A stretch of DNA of 62,454 nucleotides, counting the filler, from a bacterium (GTDB lineage Bacteria; UBP15; UBA6099; JAJRTR01), in the NCBI GenBank assembly GCA_024278215.1. It is 3 parts of 3 records of this genome, joined end to end, with 100 filler letters (N's around TTAATTAATTAA, not from the genome) between each part and the next. Parts side by side here need not be neighbours in the genome. Positions count along the whole stretch, not along the records: positions 1 to 26,404 come from JAJRTR010000145.1; 2 more parts are not named here. The stretch is one strand, 5' to 3'. The notes beneath the pieces were generated by a model, which saw nothing but the letters and a program-made list of their open reading frames with translations, ran no database searches and was not told the DNA's origin. The position numbers were made by a program, and so were the translations under genes. Below, piece after piece: positions 1 to 9,807 of the stretch (positions are counted from its first letter, which is position 1; the number at the start of each line of letters is the position of its first letter).

Positions 1-2
1 AC

Positions 3-1562
3 ATCGCTTCACAATTGCACGGCGAATATCAGCAACTGGCTAACGAACTGCTCGACCCGTTCAGTGGAATAAAAAAAATAAGCATTGCCCAAAGGCAACT
101 CATCAACTCGTACTCTTCAGTTTTCAGGCAGTTCGACATAACGCTCAGAACGCGATATTCGAAACTTGAAAAGGCCGATCTCGGAAAGCTGTTGTGGGCT
201 TTCCGCGAGGTTGTGCTCGCGACCGCACTTGTCGACATGCCGCCCGACTTATACGTGAGCGGCGATTCCGACGGGGACGGTACGCCGGACAATGCGGAGA
301 GAGTCATGGGAACAAACCCGGCGGACGCCGGTTCTGCTCCCGCGCGCGTGCTGTCGACAACACCCCGCAGCATGTTGCCCTCCGCGCTCCGTGACTCGGA
401 CGGCGACGGCTTTACAGACATTGTTGAAAACATGATCGGCACGGACTCCGGCACGGCGGCTTCGGCCCCGATGCCCGGAGAGATGAAGTTCTGCGGCATG
501 GCTGTTGCTTATTGTCTTCCGGATATTGATCGGGCGGCGACCGGTACAGTTGTAATGAGAACACTGTCCGGGGAAGTCGTTTTCGGCGGCGAAACTGTTG
601 GTGGAGTGACGGCAGGATTATACGAGCACCCCGACTTTATAGGGCGTACACCGGAATTCGTGGCGGGAGCAACTACCGGAAACGACGGGATGTTCAGCAT
701 CGAATGTGAAAGTGGAAAGCGATATTTCGTAGTGGGATTTGTCGACAGAAACGGGGACGGCGCACCATCGACGGGAGAACCGGCGGGCTACCTGGGGCAT
801 TCGCTGCCTGTGCGAGTGATGGTAGGCGCGGGCCCGGCAGGCGCGGGCGGCCCCGTCGATATAAAAGGTATTATCGGTGGCGGGCGTTGCGAACCGTCGC
901 AACACTTCGACCCCGCCACGCGGCAGTGTGTCGCGGAATGCACAGGTGGCATGGCACCCCGCGCGCTCACGGGCGAGTGCGGCTGTCCGGCAGATGAACT
1001 GTTTGTAGATACACGGGGCGTGTGTGCACATGTGTGTCCGCCCGGCACAGCGACAGACACTATCCGCGGCGGCTGCTTCTGTCCCGAGGGAGCGGTGGCG
1101 GACCGCGAAGCGGGCGAGTGTGTATGCCCCGGCTCGATGGTGCTCGACACCGACGCCGCGGAATGCCGCTGCATCGAAGGTTACCTGCTCGAACAGTTGT
1201 TTGCGTGCGTGGAGTCGTGTCCCGACACGTTCATCGCCGACGATGAGCTCCGAAAATGCTCATGCCCGGCAGGCACCGCCTTCGACGATACGCTTTCGGA
1301 ATGCCTGTGCACATCCGGCCTTTATGATCCTTTCGCAGCCGAATGTGTTCCGACTTGCCCCGGCGGCATGGAACCGGATGGAACCGGCGTGAAGTGCGAA
1401 TGTCCGCGCAGGGAAAGATTCGATGCCGCGCGCCAGGAGTGCGTATGCGAGGAAGGACTCGAACGCAATGCGCAGGGGCAGTGCGAATCATTCATTGTAA
1501 AGCCTGCGCCGCAGACCGGCCGTGCGACCGGTGAAGTCCGACCGCCGCACAAAAGGGACTGA
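3..1562 (+). CDS. Cys-rich surface/secreted protein, 5'-truncated; Ca-binding DxDxDG motifs plus C-terminal EGF/CXCXC-like Cys repeats
   Basis: Frame is open from the window edge. DSDGDGTPD, DSDGDGFTD and DRNGDG motifs, then many CPxxxxxDxxxxxCxC-type units. Confidence 0.75.
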   Translation: MASQLHGEYQQLANELLDPFSGIKKISIAQRQLINSYSSVFRQFDITLRTRYSKLEKADLGKLLWAFREVVLATALVDMPPDLYVSGDSDGDGTPDNAERVMGTNPADAGSAPARVLSTTPRSMLPSALRDSDGDGFTDIVENMIGTDSGTAASAPMPGEMKFCGMAVAYCLPDIDRAATGTVVMRTLSGEVVFGGETVGGVTAGLYEHPDFIGRTPEFVAGATTGNDGMFSIECESGKRYFVVGFVDRNGDGAPSTGEPAGYLGHSLPVRVMVGAGPAGAGGPVDIKGIIGGGRCEPSQHFDPATRQCVAECTGGMAPRALTGECGCPADELFVDTRGVCAHVCPPGTATDTIRGGCFCPEGAVADREAGECVCPGSMVLDTDAAECRCIEGYLLEQLFACVESCPDTFIADDELRKCSCPAGTAFDDTLSECLCTSGLYDPFAAECVPTCPGGMEPDGTGVKCECPRRERFDAARQECVCEEGLERNAQGQCESFIVKPAPQTGRATGEVRPPHKRD

Positions 1563-1608
1563 CTGACGCCGCCGCATGGAGATGGTCCTGAACCGTGCGA
1601 AAGCATTT

Positions 1609-1696
1609 TGGAGTGCGGCGATACATCGCCTCTTCGACCGTTTACACCGGGGACTATTTCCCGGCCTCGAAAGCAACAATGAAATGTCGCACTCCA
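1609..1696. repeat. REP-doublet (REPIN-like) element, family D copy 1
   Basis: TGGAGTGCG...CGCACTCCA ends, each arm a hairpin, central CCGGGG..CCCGG hairpin; inverted homologue at 5768-5880. Confidence 0.7.
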
Positions 1697-2016
1697 GAGG
1701 AGCAGTTGCCATAGTTTTATACACAAGTCGAGTGTGGTACATACCCTGTCGGCATTATATAATGGGGGTGTTGCATGTAAGGTTATAGTCAGAATATTCA
1801 TGTGTTTGTAACGACACTTGTGCGATACCCGTAAAACGGGATACTTCAATTCGTTCGGTCAGACGATCACCTGTGTGAAAAAAGGTGTGTCATTCCGGGT
1901 CGGAACCGGAGAATATCTATCATGTACTTGATATTTCTGTAAAAACGTACAATATTCAGATATTATTCCGGTTGTTTTTGGTCGACATGAAAAACTACGA
2001 GGAGGCCCGTTGAAAA

Positions 2017-2940
2017 ATGGGGAAAGTGGGGATAAGAGCGCTTTTAGTTGCGATGACAATGACGTTGCTTGTTGTTTCGAGCGCTGCAACTCGTGCCGAA
2101 GATGGAAGAAAGTATATCTTCGGCATAATGGTCAGCTCCAGCAAGCAGGACGCCCAGTTGAAACAGATATTTACGGATGTGATAGATTTTGTCGCCGCGG
2201 CGCAGGGCGTTGATATAGAAACAAGATGGTACACCAAAGGCGAAGAGTTTCTTGCCGCTGCAAAGAATAAAGAACTCGATTTCGCATATACAAAGCTCTA
2301 CGACCCATTTGTCGATCTTGTATTCAAGTACAATTATATCCCCATTTCTTCCATATCTGTTTTCGGCAAAAAAACAATGAGAATATGCCTTTATGTGCCG
2401 GCTGAGATGGACGTGAAATCGGTAGATGATCTCAAGGGCAAAAGGCTGATAACATACGCCAGGAAAGACGGCTATTATCCTGTCAGGGGTCTGCTGGGTG
2501 AAAAACCGCAGGATTTCTTCAGCGAGATAGGAGTGTCGAACGGCGGGAATTATGCTATCGAAAAGATGCTCAAAGGTGAGACGGATGCTGTAATGGCATA
2601 CGACATCAACGTGGATTTTCTTGGTATGTCGAACCCGGCAGTGGCAAAAAAAATAAAGGAAGTCTTCTGCTCGCGGGAACTTGTGAATACTGCCATCACA
2701 CATGCGGAGGGGGTGCCGGATGCGATGCTGATGCAGCTTATAGATATTATGAAACACGCACGCAGGCATGAGGCGCTCAAACGATACCGCCCGCTGATGG
2801 CGGCCACTAAAATCGGATTTTTTCCTGTGAAAAAAAAGAATTATTATGGCGTCAGGGATTTCTATAAAAAGGGGAAAGACGCTGGTTGGGACAAAGAGTT
2901 CGAGAAATGGTATGATGATATGGGACGCCCCGAACAATAA
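2017..2940 (+). CDS. PhnD/SsuA/transferrin-family substrate-binding protein
   Basis: Signal peptide, ELDFAYT and SVDDLKGKRLI motifs; paralogous to the next gene. Confidence 0.75.
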   Translation: MGKVGIRALLVAMTMTLLVVSSAATRAEDGRKYIFGIMVSSSKQDAQLKQIFTDVIDFVAAAQGVDIETRWYTKGEEFLAAAKNKELDFAYTKLYDPFVDLVFKYNYIPISSISVFGKKTMRICLYVPAEMDVKSVDDLKGKRLITYARKDGYYPVRGLLGEKPQDFFSEIGVSNGGNYAIEKMLKGETDAVMAYDINVDFLGMSNPAVAKKIKEVFCSRELVNTAITHAEGVPDAMLMQLIDIMKHARRHEALKRYRPLMAATKIGFFPVKKKNYYGVRDFYKKGKDAGWDKEFEKWYDDMGRPEQ

Positions 2941-3040
2941 GGTTCGAAATATAGCGGGTTTTTGTTTTAGATACATGTGCATTGAGGTATATATAAGATG
3001 CGGGGCGTATAACAGACCCGTGCTGAAGGGACTTGATACC

Positions 3041-3940
3041 ATGAAGAAGATTATTGGCACAATATCTGCTGTGTTGCTGGTAGTTTCGTTGTTTGCGGTC
3101 GCCGCGTCCGCAGACAACGGCAAGTTTTCTTTCGGTATGTACATGAGTGCCTCGCCCCAGGATCAGAGCCTGAAACAAGTGTTCTCCGACCTCGTAAACT
3201 ATCTGGGAGCGATGGAAGGAGTGGATGTTGAATTAAAGTGGTTTGTCGATAAAGATAAATTCATGACCGCGGCGGCAAACAAAGAGCTGGATTTCGTGTA
3301 TACGAAAAATTACGGATTGCTTCCCGATCTGATACTGAAGGACAAGTATGTTCCGTTCGCGGCGGCGTCGCTCTTCGGGAAAAAGAAGATGCGAACCTGT
3401 CTGTTCACGCGCAATGATGTGAAAATTTCCGGAGTGGAAGACATGCGCGGCAAATCGCTGATTACCTACGGCGAGCCCGATGGTTATTATCCTTTAATCC
3501 AGATAACGGGTGAAAAACCCGAAGAATTTTTCGGAACAATCGAACAGAGCCTGACAGGGCAGCATTCCCTTAAAAAGCTTATCGCCGGCGATGTGGATAT
3601 CGCCCTGGCTTACAATTCGAATATCAACGCGCTGAAAATGGGGAACCCGTCCGTCGTTAAAAAAATCAAAGAATTGTATTGCACCTATGAATTCTATAAC
3701 ACGCCTATCATGTCTTCCGAAGAAGTCCCCGAAGACCTCATGAAAGGATTGCTTGGAATACTGAAAAAGGGCTCGAAACATGAGGCCCTGAAGAAATACA
3801 GGCCCATGATGATGGCTACGAAAATCAGGTTTTTCCCTGTCACCCCCAGGGAATACCAGCCCGTTATAGATGCTTTCGAAAAAGCCAAAGAAGAAGGCTG
3901 GCACAAAGACTTCGTAAAATGGATGGCAAGCTACAAGTGA
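3041..3940 (+). CDS. PhnD/SsuA/transferrin-family substrate-binding protein (tandem paralogue)
   Basis: MKKIIG signal peptide; shares NKELDF, DGYYP and HEALKxYRPxMxATKI motifs with 2017-2940. Confidence 0.75.
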   Translation: MKKIIGTISAVLLVVSLFAVAASADNGKFSFGMYMSASPQDQSLKQVFSDLVNYLGAMEGVDVELKWFVDKDKFMTAAANKELDFVYTKNYGLLPDLILKDKYVPFAAASLFGKKKMRTCLFTRNDVKISGVEDMRGKSLITYGEPDGYYPLIQITGEKPEEFFGTIEQSLTGQHSLKKLIAGDVDIALAYNSNINALKMGNPSVVKKIKELYCTYEFYNTPIMSSEEVPEDLMKGLLGILKKGSKHEALKKYRPMMMATKIRFFPVTPREYQPVIDAFEKAKEEGWHKDFVKWMASYK

Positions 3941-4110
3941 TCCGCACCCGCACCCATCGTATCCGGATTTCTTTGTGAGCAATCAGGGATAACCGTTATT
4001 TCGACATTGACACGACACGATAGCTCGACGGTGTCAACGGATTCAGACAGAGAATATCAGACCCGCATTTATCGCCAATGGGTGAGAGAGCCGCATGTCG
4101 GAAGCAATGG

Positions 4111-5721
4111 ATGGAAAATCACAATTATATCAGAAAAGTACTGCTTGTCCTGCTCCTGTCGAGCCTGTGCGTCGTATATCTTTTCTGCGGCGGCGGCGGT
4201 GGCGGCACGCAAGTAACCAGTGTTCAGACATATGAAATATCCGGCATAGTCAGCCTGCCGTCGGGCATCTCCGCTTCCAAGACGGCAGCAAGGCTCTCGG
4301 AGGTCGACGGACTCAACAAGATCGGTGGCGCGACAGTGCAGGTGTTCTATGTGGATGCGGCTGGAGAACAAAGCGGTCCGACACTCGGCGAAGCTGTCAC
4401 CGACGCCGGCGGTTACTATCGTCTCGAACTCGATCAACAGATACAGCCGGTGGGCAATCTGGTCGCGTGCGTCACAGTCGGCACGGAAAAGATGCGGGCA
4501 ATCGTCTACGCCCCTTCACCCATAGACATAAATCCCGTAAGCGAAATGATATTCTCCGACATCGTTGCCGGCGATTACGCCCTGACGTCGTTCAGCACGG
4601 AAGAATTGTCGAATATTCACAAGACCGTCATGTATGACGCCGGGTATTTCTCTTTTGATACTTACACCACCATCGCCGCCGCTGTCGACGCGCTCGGAGC
4701 CGAAGAAATCGGCGAAAACGCAGAGTTGATCATCGGCGAGATCGGGAGCGGCACATACAGCGGGAGCGTGTGCGGAAACGATATCCACGAATACGGCGAA
4801 GAATGCGACTATGGCAGCGACGCCACGGACACAGCCTGCATACCTTCGTACAACAGCAGTCCGTGCAATTACTGCACGACGGAATGCGAATACAAAACGG
4901 TCTGGGGCGAGTATTGCGGGGACGGCGTCGTGCAGAGCGCCTACGGCGAAGAATGTGACGACGGCAACACGACAGACGGCGACGAGTGCGACAGCAACTG
5001 TTTGCTCGAATGCGGCAACGGCGAATTGGATGGAGATGAAGAATGCGACGATGGAAACATAGTAACCGAAACCTGCGATTACAACGAATCTTCATGTACT
5101 ATATGTGACGCGACCTGCAAGGAAGGCGCGGGGGTAACTATATATTGCGGAGACGGAGTCCTCGACACCGGCAACGGCGAAGTGTGCGATGACGGGAATA
5201 CATCGGACGGTGACGGCTGTTCTTCGACATGTACCTGCGAAACAGTAACCTGCGGAGACGGCAATTATGTAGCTGAATGTGTAACAGGAGGAGAAGAAGA
5301 ATGTGACGACGGCAACACAGTCACAGAAACATGCGATTATGGTGAAACATCTTGCACCGTCTGCGATGAGACTTGCATGGAGACCGCCGGGCCTACTGAA
5401 TATTGCGGCGATGGAGTGCTCCAGAGCGCCGACGGCGAAGAATGCGACGACGGCAACACGACAGACAACGACAAATGCAGTTCCGAATGCAAGGTCGAGT
5501 ACGACAACGGCTCACTCGGGATTACCAATAGCTGCACAAGCACACTGACAATATCAATCGACGGGATCGAACAGGGTGATATCGCCGCGTCGGGTTATGA
5601 CGTCTATGTACTGACCCCGGTTGTACATTCAGTGGAATATTGCGAGGGCTCTACATGCGGCACATCTTCACAGGATATCAATCCCAATACCCTTTCAACA
5701 GTTAGTTTTTCCTGCCCCTGA
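4111..5721 (+). CDS. Myxococcus-type cysteine-rich repeat (DUF4215-like) surface/lipoprotein
   Basis: Hydrophobic N-terminus ending LFCGGGGGG; repeated CGDG..EECDDGNxxDGDxCSxxC units. Start codon uncertain (4078 or 4111). Confidence 0.8.
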   Translation: MENHNYIRKVLLVLLLSSLCVVYLFCGGGGGGTQVTSVQTYEISGIVSLPSGISASKTAARLSEVDGLNKIGGATVQVFYVDAAGEQSGPTLGEAVTDAGGYYRLELDQQIQPVGNLVACVTVGTEKMRAIVYAPSPIDINPVSEMIFSDIVAGDYALTSFSTEELSNIHKTVMYDAGYFSFDTYTTIAAAVDALGAEEIGENAELIIGEIGSGTYSGSVCGNDIHEYGEECDYGSDATDTACIPSYNSSPCNYCTTECEYKTVWGEYCGDGVVQSAYGEECDDGNTTDGDECDSNCLLECGNGELDGDEECDDGNIVTETCDYNESSCTICDATCKEGAGVTIYCGDGVLDTGNGEVCDDGNTSDGDGCSSTCTCETVTCGDGNYVAECVTGGEEECDDGNTVTETCDYGETSCTVCDETCMETAGPTEYCGDGVLQSADGEECDDGNTTDNDKCSSECKVEYDNGSLGITNSCTSTLTISIDGIEQGDIAASGYDVYVLTPVVHSVEYCEGSTCGTSSQDINPNTLSTVSFSCP

Positions 5722-5740
5722 ATATTTTACTAACTCGCAC

Positions 5741-5761
5741 TGGTGAAATATGCGGCCTTAG
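5741..5761 (+). repeat. Short motif family C (GGTGAAATATGCGG), copy 1
   Basis: Also at 21049-21068 (reverse) and 34190-34210. Confidence 0.6.
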
Positions 5762-5767
5762 CCGCCC

Positions 5768-5880
5768 TGGAGTGCGACAATTTATTGTCGCTTTCGTCGC
5801 CGGGAATAATTCCCGGCGCGGGAGAAACAGCAAAAAACGAAGATGCGTCAGGCAAAGCGGCGATGAATCGCCGCACTAGA
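5768..5880. repeat. REP-doublet element, family D copy 2 (opposite orientation to copy 1)
   Basis: TGGAGTGCGACAATTTATTGTCGCTTTC ... AAAGCGGCGATGAATCGCCGCACT with central hairpin CCGGGAATAATTCCCGG. Confidence 0.7.
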
Positions 5881-5915
5881 AGCAGGACGCTTCGTGCCTC
5901 TCATGTCGCATGTTG

Positions 5916-6111
5916 CCCTAACCCGGCAAAGCCGGAACCAAACAGGCTGCATTTTCGTGCCCAAACAAATGCGGTTTGAGCACGGCACACAGAGTTTCAT
6001 CGTTCCCAAGGTCTACCTTGGAAACGCCTGTAACTGGAAGCTCCAGCTTTCACCGATCTCTTTTCAGCATTTCTTTACCATCCTGCGTAGCATTTCAGTC
6101 GTAAGATACTA
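5916..6111 (+). mobile_element. Non-autonomous ~195-bp repeat, family A (full copy) with GTTCCCAAGG-TCTA-CCTTGG REP-like palindrome
   Basis: Near-identical copies at 10540-10759 and 47768-47932, fragments at five other sites. Confidence 0.75.
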
Positions 6112-6317
6112 TGATAATCAGTCCTTCTGCAATGAGTCTTGATCAACTTTTTTGGATTGTACTCCCTTTATTTGAATTGAATGCTCTCAACGTATAAAAT
6201 ATCAGTCTACTGTTCAACAAGGACAGTTTGCGGACATGAAGAAGCCGATGCGCAAAAGCAACATATCGCATGGTTGCATACTCAGAGTATTACATTATAA
6301 AAGGAAGAGGTGTGGAT

Positions 6318-8318
6318 ATGGACCCGCTGTTCCAGCCGATTGTTATCAACAAAAGTGAGATCAAAAACAGGTTTTATATGGTGACTATGCACCTTAACAT
6401 GTGCATGAACTACGAGGTGAGCGACCGGATTGTCGAATTCTACGCGGAGCGCGCGAAGGGCGGTTGCGGCGCGGTCTGTGTCGGATTCTGCTCGATCAAC
6501 CGTATCGGCAGTATGCCGCTGAATATCGGCGCGCACGACGATAACTACATCCCCGGCCTCGCAAAACTTGCCGCAGGCATAAACGACAATGGCGGTTTCT
6601 CCATCGCCCAGATCAACCACACCGGGCGCAACGGCTACAGCATGGCGCTGCCCAAAGGCGAGTCGCCCGTGGCACCTTCGGCAGTTCCGTCGCGGCTCAC
6701 CGGCGACACGCCGCGCGAGCTCACGCACGATGAGATACTTCAGATTATCGACGACTTCGCGCAGGCGGCGCGGCGACTGCGGGAAGCCGGGTTCGGCGGC
6801 GTCGAGATTCTTTGCGGCACGGGCTACCTTATCTCGAATTTTCTCACTCCTTTCACCAATCTTCGTGATGACGAGTGGGGCGGCTCGGAAGAAAACAGGA
6901 TGCGGTTCGGCATCGAGGTTTTCAAGGCCGTAAGAAATATCTGCGGCGACGACTACCCGATCATCGGCCGGCTCAACGGCAACGACATGCTCGAGAACGG
7001 GCTGCGCGGCGACGACCTGCGCAGGTTCGCGAAAGCGCTCGAGGGTGCCGGCGCGGACGCCTTCTGCATCAACGTCGGCTGGCACGAAGCGCGCATCCCG
7101 CAGATCACTATGGGTGTGCCGCGCGCGAACTTCGCCTATCTCGCCCGCGGCATGAAACAGGCTCTCACAAAACCGGTTATCGCCAGTCACCGCATAAACG
7201 ATGTAGACGACATGCGAATGCTGCTCGAGGAAGGTTTCTGCGACATGATCGGCACGGGCCGCGGGCTGATCGCCGACCCGCAAATGCCTCTGAAGGCGTT
7301 GCAGGACCGCGAGGAGGAGATCATTCATTGCATCGCCTGCGGCCAGGGTTGCTTCGACCACGTGTTCACACTCCAGCCAGTCGAGTGTATGGTCAACCCC
7401 GAGGCGGGCCACGAGTTCGAGGGCGCTATCGTCGAAGCGGATGAGAAAAAGAAATTGGCGGTCGTAGGCGGCGGCCCGGCGGGCATGGCGGCGGCGATGG
7501 CTGCGCGGAAACGCGGCCACGATGTGACGCTGTTCGAGAGAAGCGAGATGGTCGGAGGTCAGCTCTGGCTCGCCGGAGCGCCCCCCGGACGCGAGGAGTT
7601 CCTCGAGATGATATACGATTACGAAACGCAGCTCGCCGTTCTGGATGTGGACGTCAAGACCAATATCGAAGTGTCGGCTACCGATCTCGAAGCAGGCGGA
7701 TTCGACGCCGTGATACTCGCCACCGGCGGCGAACCCATCGCACCGCCGATACCCGGCGCGGACAATCCCAACGTCATTCAGGCCTGGGATTTCCTCGAAG
7801 GCTTCGAGCCTGTCGACCACAATGTCGTCATAGTCGGCGGCGGCGCGGTAGGCGTCGAGACTGCGCTGGCTATTGCCGAAATAGGCACGATGCCCGCTGA
7901 AACGATCAAGTTTCTCCTCATCGAGAAAGCCGAAGCCCCGGATACACTCAGGGAACTCGCGATGAAAGGCTCGAAGAACGTCACGCTCGTCGAGATGCTG
8001 CCAAGGATAGGAAAAGATATAGGGAAATCAACAAGATGGACGATGATGAAAGACCTGTCGGAGTATGGCGTCGATGTGCGCGTAAAGCAAAAAGTGCTCG
8101 AAATCAACGCCGCCGGTGTTGTGCTCGAGACGGAGAGCGGGAAAGAGACAATCCCGGCTGATACCGTCGTGCTTGCCATCGGCACAAAACCTTATAACCC
8201 GCTGGAGGAAGCGTTGAAAGAAAGCAGTATGGAAGTGAAAGTGGTGGGCGACGCGAATAAAATCGCCACGGCGTTCGAGGCGGTTCACTCGGGCTACAGG
8301 GCAGGCAGATCGCTGTGA
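6318..8318 (+). CDS. NADH:flavin oxidoreductase, 2,4-dienoyl-CoA reductase (FadH)-like
   Basis: OYE TIM barrel (FYAERAKGG, NLRDDEWGGSEENR), CIACGQGC Fe-S motif, two Rossmann motifs (GGGPAG, GGGAVG). Confidence 0.88.
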   Translation: MDPLFQPIVINKSEIKNRFYMVTMHLNMCMNYEVSDRIVEFYAERAKGGCGAVCVGFCSINRIGSMPLNIGAHDDNYIPGLAKLAAGINDNGGFSIAQINHTGRNGYSMALPKGESPVAPSAVPSRLTGDTPRELTHDEILQIIDDFAQAARRLREAGFGGVEILCGTGYLISNFLTPFTNLRDDEWGGSEENRMRFGIEVFKAVRNICGDDYPIIGRLNGNDMLENGLRGDDLRRFAKALEGAGADAFCINVGWHEARIPQITMGVPRANFAYLARGMKQALTKPVIASHRINDVDDMRMLLEEGFCDMIGTGRGLIADPQMPLKALQDREEEIIHCIACGQGCFDHVFTLQPVECMVNPEAGHEFEGAIVEADEKKKLAVVGGGPAGMAAAMAARKRGHDVTLFERSEMVGGQLWLAGAPPGREEFLEMIYDYETQLAVLDVDVKTNIEVSATDLEAGGFDAVILATGGEPIAPPIPGADNPNVIQAWDFLEGFEPVDHNVVIVGGGAVGVETALAIAEIGTMPAETIKFLLIEKAEAPDTLRELAMKGSKNVTLVEMLPRIGKDIGKSTRWTMMKDLSEYGVDVRVKQKVLEINAAGVVLETESGKETIPADTVVLAIGTKPYNPLEEALKESSMEVKVVGDANKIATAFEAVHSGYRAGRSL

Positions 8319-8347
8319 TCTTACTTATGGAGAAAACGGTGCAATAA

Positions 8348-9805
8348 ATGGACAACTGGAAATCAGAGCTCGATTGCGTGTTCAACCCGCGTAATATAGC
8401 ATTTATCGGCGCGTCGAAAAATGTCACCAAATGGGGACATATTATCCTGGGCAACATTGTCGCAGGGCAGTTCAAAGGCGACATCTTCCCCGTCAATCCC
8501 CGTGAAGAATGGATAATGGAGCGAAAAGTCTACCGGACGGTGGGCGAAATACCTGCCGACGAGATAGACCTCGCGGTGATCGTAGTGCCTTCGAAAGTAG
8601 TGCCGGGCATACTGCGCGAGTGTGCCGATAAAGGCGTCAAAGGCGCGATTGTCGTGCCCGGCGGATTCAGCGAAGAAGGCGGCGAAGGCATCGAGATCGA
8701 GCGCGAACTCGCCGTCATCGCCGAAGACGCGGGGATGCGGCTGGTCGGCCCCAACACGATGGGCGTCTACTGCGGGCGTTCGAGTCTCTATGCCATGATG
8801 CCGCCCGTGCGGCCCAAACCCGGCCCTGTCGCATTCGTCGCCCAGAGCGGCAACCTCGGCACACAGATGATGAGCATCGGACAGCGAAAAGAAATAGGGT
8901 TCAGCAAATTCGCCGCCAGCGGCAACGAGGCCGCGACAGCGGCGAGTGATTATCTTAAATACTTCGGCAGAGACCCCGACACTAAAGTGCTGCTCGCATA
9001 TATAGAGGGACTCAAGGACGGGCGTGAATTCATTGATGCAGCAAGCGAGATCACCCGCGAAAAACCGCTGATCGTTTTCAAGGGCGGCCAGACGGCGGCA
9101 GGGATGAAAGCGGCAAGTTCGCACACAGGCGCGATGGCGGGTTCCGCGCAAATTTATAACGCGGCGTTTAAGCAATGCGGGGCGGTGATCGCATCCACGC
9201 CAAACGAGATGCTCGATCTCGCCTGGGCGTTCGCCGAACTGCCGCTACCGCGGTCCAACCGGGTCGGCATCCTTACATGGGGCGGCGGCTGGGGTGTCGT
9301 CACAGCGGACGCCTGCGAAAAGGCCGGGCTTGCGATACCGCCACTTTCCGAAAACACCATCGCTGCCATCGACAAACTCCTGCCGCCGTACTGGAGCCGC
9401 AACAACCCCATAGACCTTGTCGGCACGCTCGACAGGGACAACCACATAAAATGCCTCGAAGCGCTTCTGGCGGACGACGGCATCGACGCCGCAATCGTAC
9501 TGGGCGTTGTCGGCGGCTCGACACTCGTCACGGCGCATGTCGAGACAATGATGGGCGCGCCCGCCGCGGTGCAGGCTTTTGTCGAACATTTCAAAGAGGT
9601 GGACAGGCAGATAGAAACCCGCCTGCTCGAACTCACGGAACAGTATAAAAAGCCGATTATCGGTGTTGCAGTTGCTTCGGACTACAAACCGTGTCATACC
9701 GAAAAAGGACGCATCGTGGCTGCGCCGACCCCGCACATGGCGGTCAGGATGCTCGCCGGGATGGTCGACTATAATAAATACAGGGATTCGCTGGAAGAGG
9801 ATTGA
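8348..9805 (+). CDS. acdA: Acetate/acyl-CoA ligase (ADP-forming), alpha subunit
   Basis: CoA-binding FIGAS, GPNTMG, QSG, AASSHTGAMAG phospho-His motif, NPIDL. Confidence 0.9.
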   Translation: MDNWKSELDCVFNPRNIAFIGASKNVTKWGHIILGNIVAGQFKGDIFPVNPREEWIMERKVYRTVGEIPADEIDLAVIVVPSKVVPGILRECADKGVKGAIVVPGGFSEEGGEGIEIERELAVIAEDAGMRLVGPNTMGVYCGRSSLYAMMPPVRPKPGPVAFVAQSGNLGTQMMSIGQRKEIGFSKFAASGNEAATAASDYLKYFGRDPDTKVLLAYIEGLKDGREFIDAASEITREKPLIVFKGGQTAAGMKAASSHTGAMAGSAQIYNAAFKQCGAVIASTPNEMLDLAWAFAELPLPRSNRVGILTWGGGWGVVTADACEKAGLAIPPLSENTIAAIDKLLPPYWSRNNPIDLVGTLDRDNHIKCLEALLADDGIDAAIVLGVVGGSTLVTAHVETMMGAPAAVQAFVEHFKEVDRQIETRLLELTEQYKKPIIGVAVASDYKPCHTEKGRIVAAPTPHMAVRMLAGMVDYNKYRDSLEED

Positions 9806-9807
9806 CT

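Noticed and set aside
4770-5490. Internal nucleotide repeats (GAATGCGACGACGGCAAC) as DGR or tandem-repeat signal
   Set aside because: Explained by the protein's Cys-rich repeat units; no reverse transcriptase or adenine-specific TR/VR pattern seen.
5743-6142. Short ORFs sharing peptides such as ETLCAVLKP or HGTQSF (5743, 5894, 10478, 30891, 34227, 47712, 47715)
   Set aside because: They are translations of the non-coding family A repeat.
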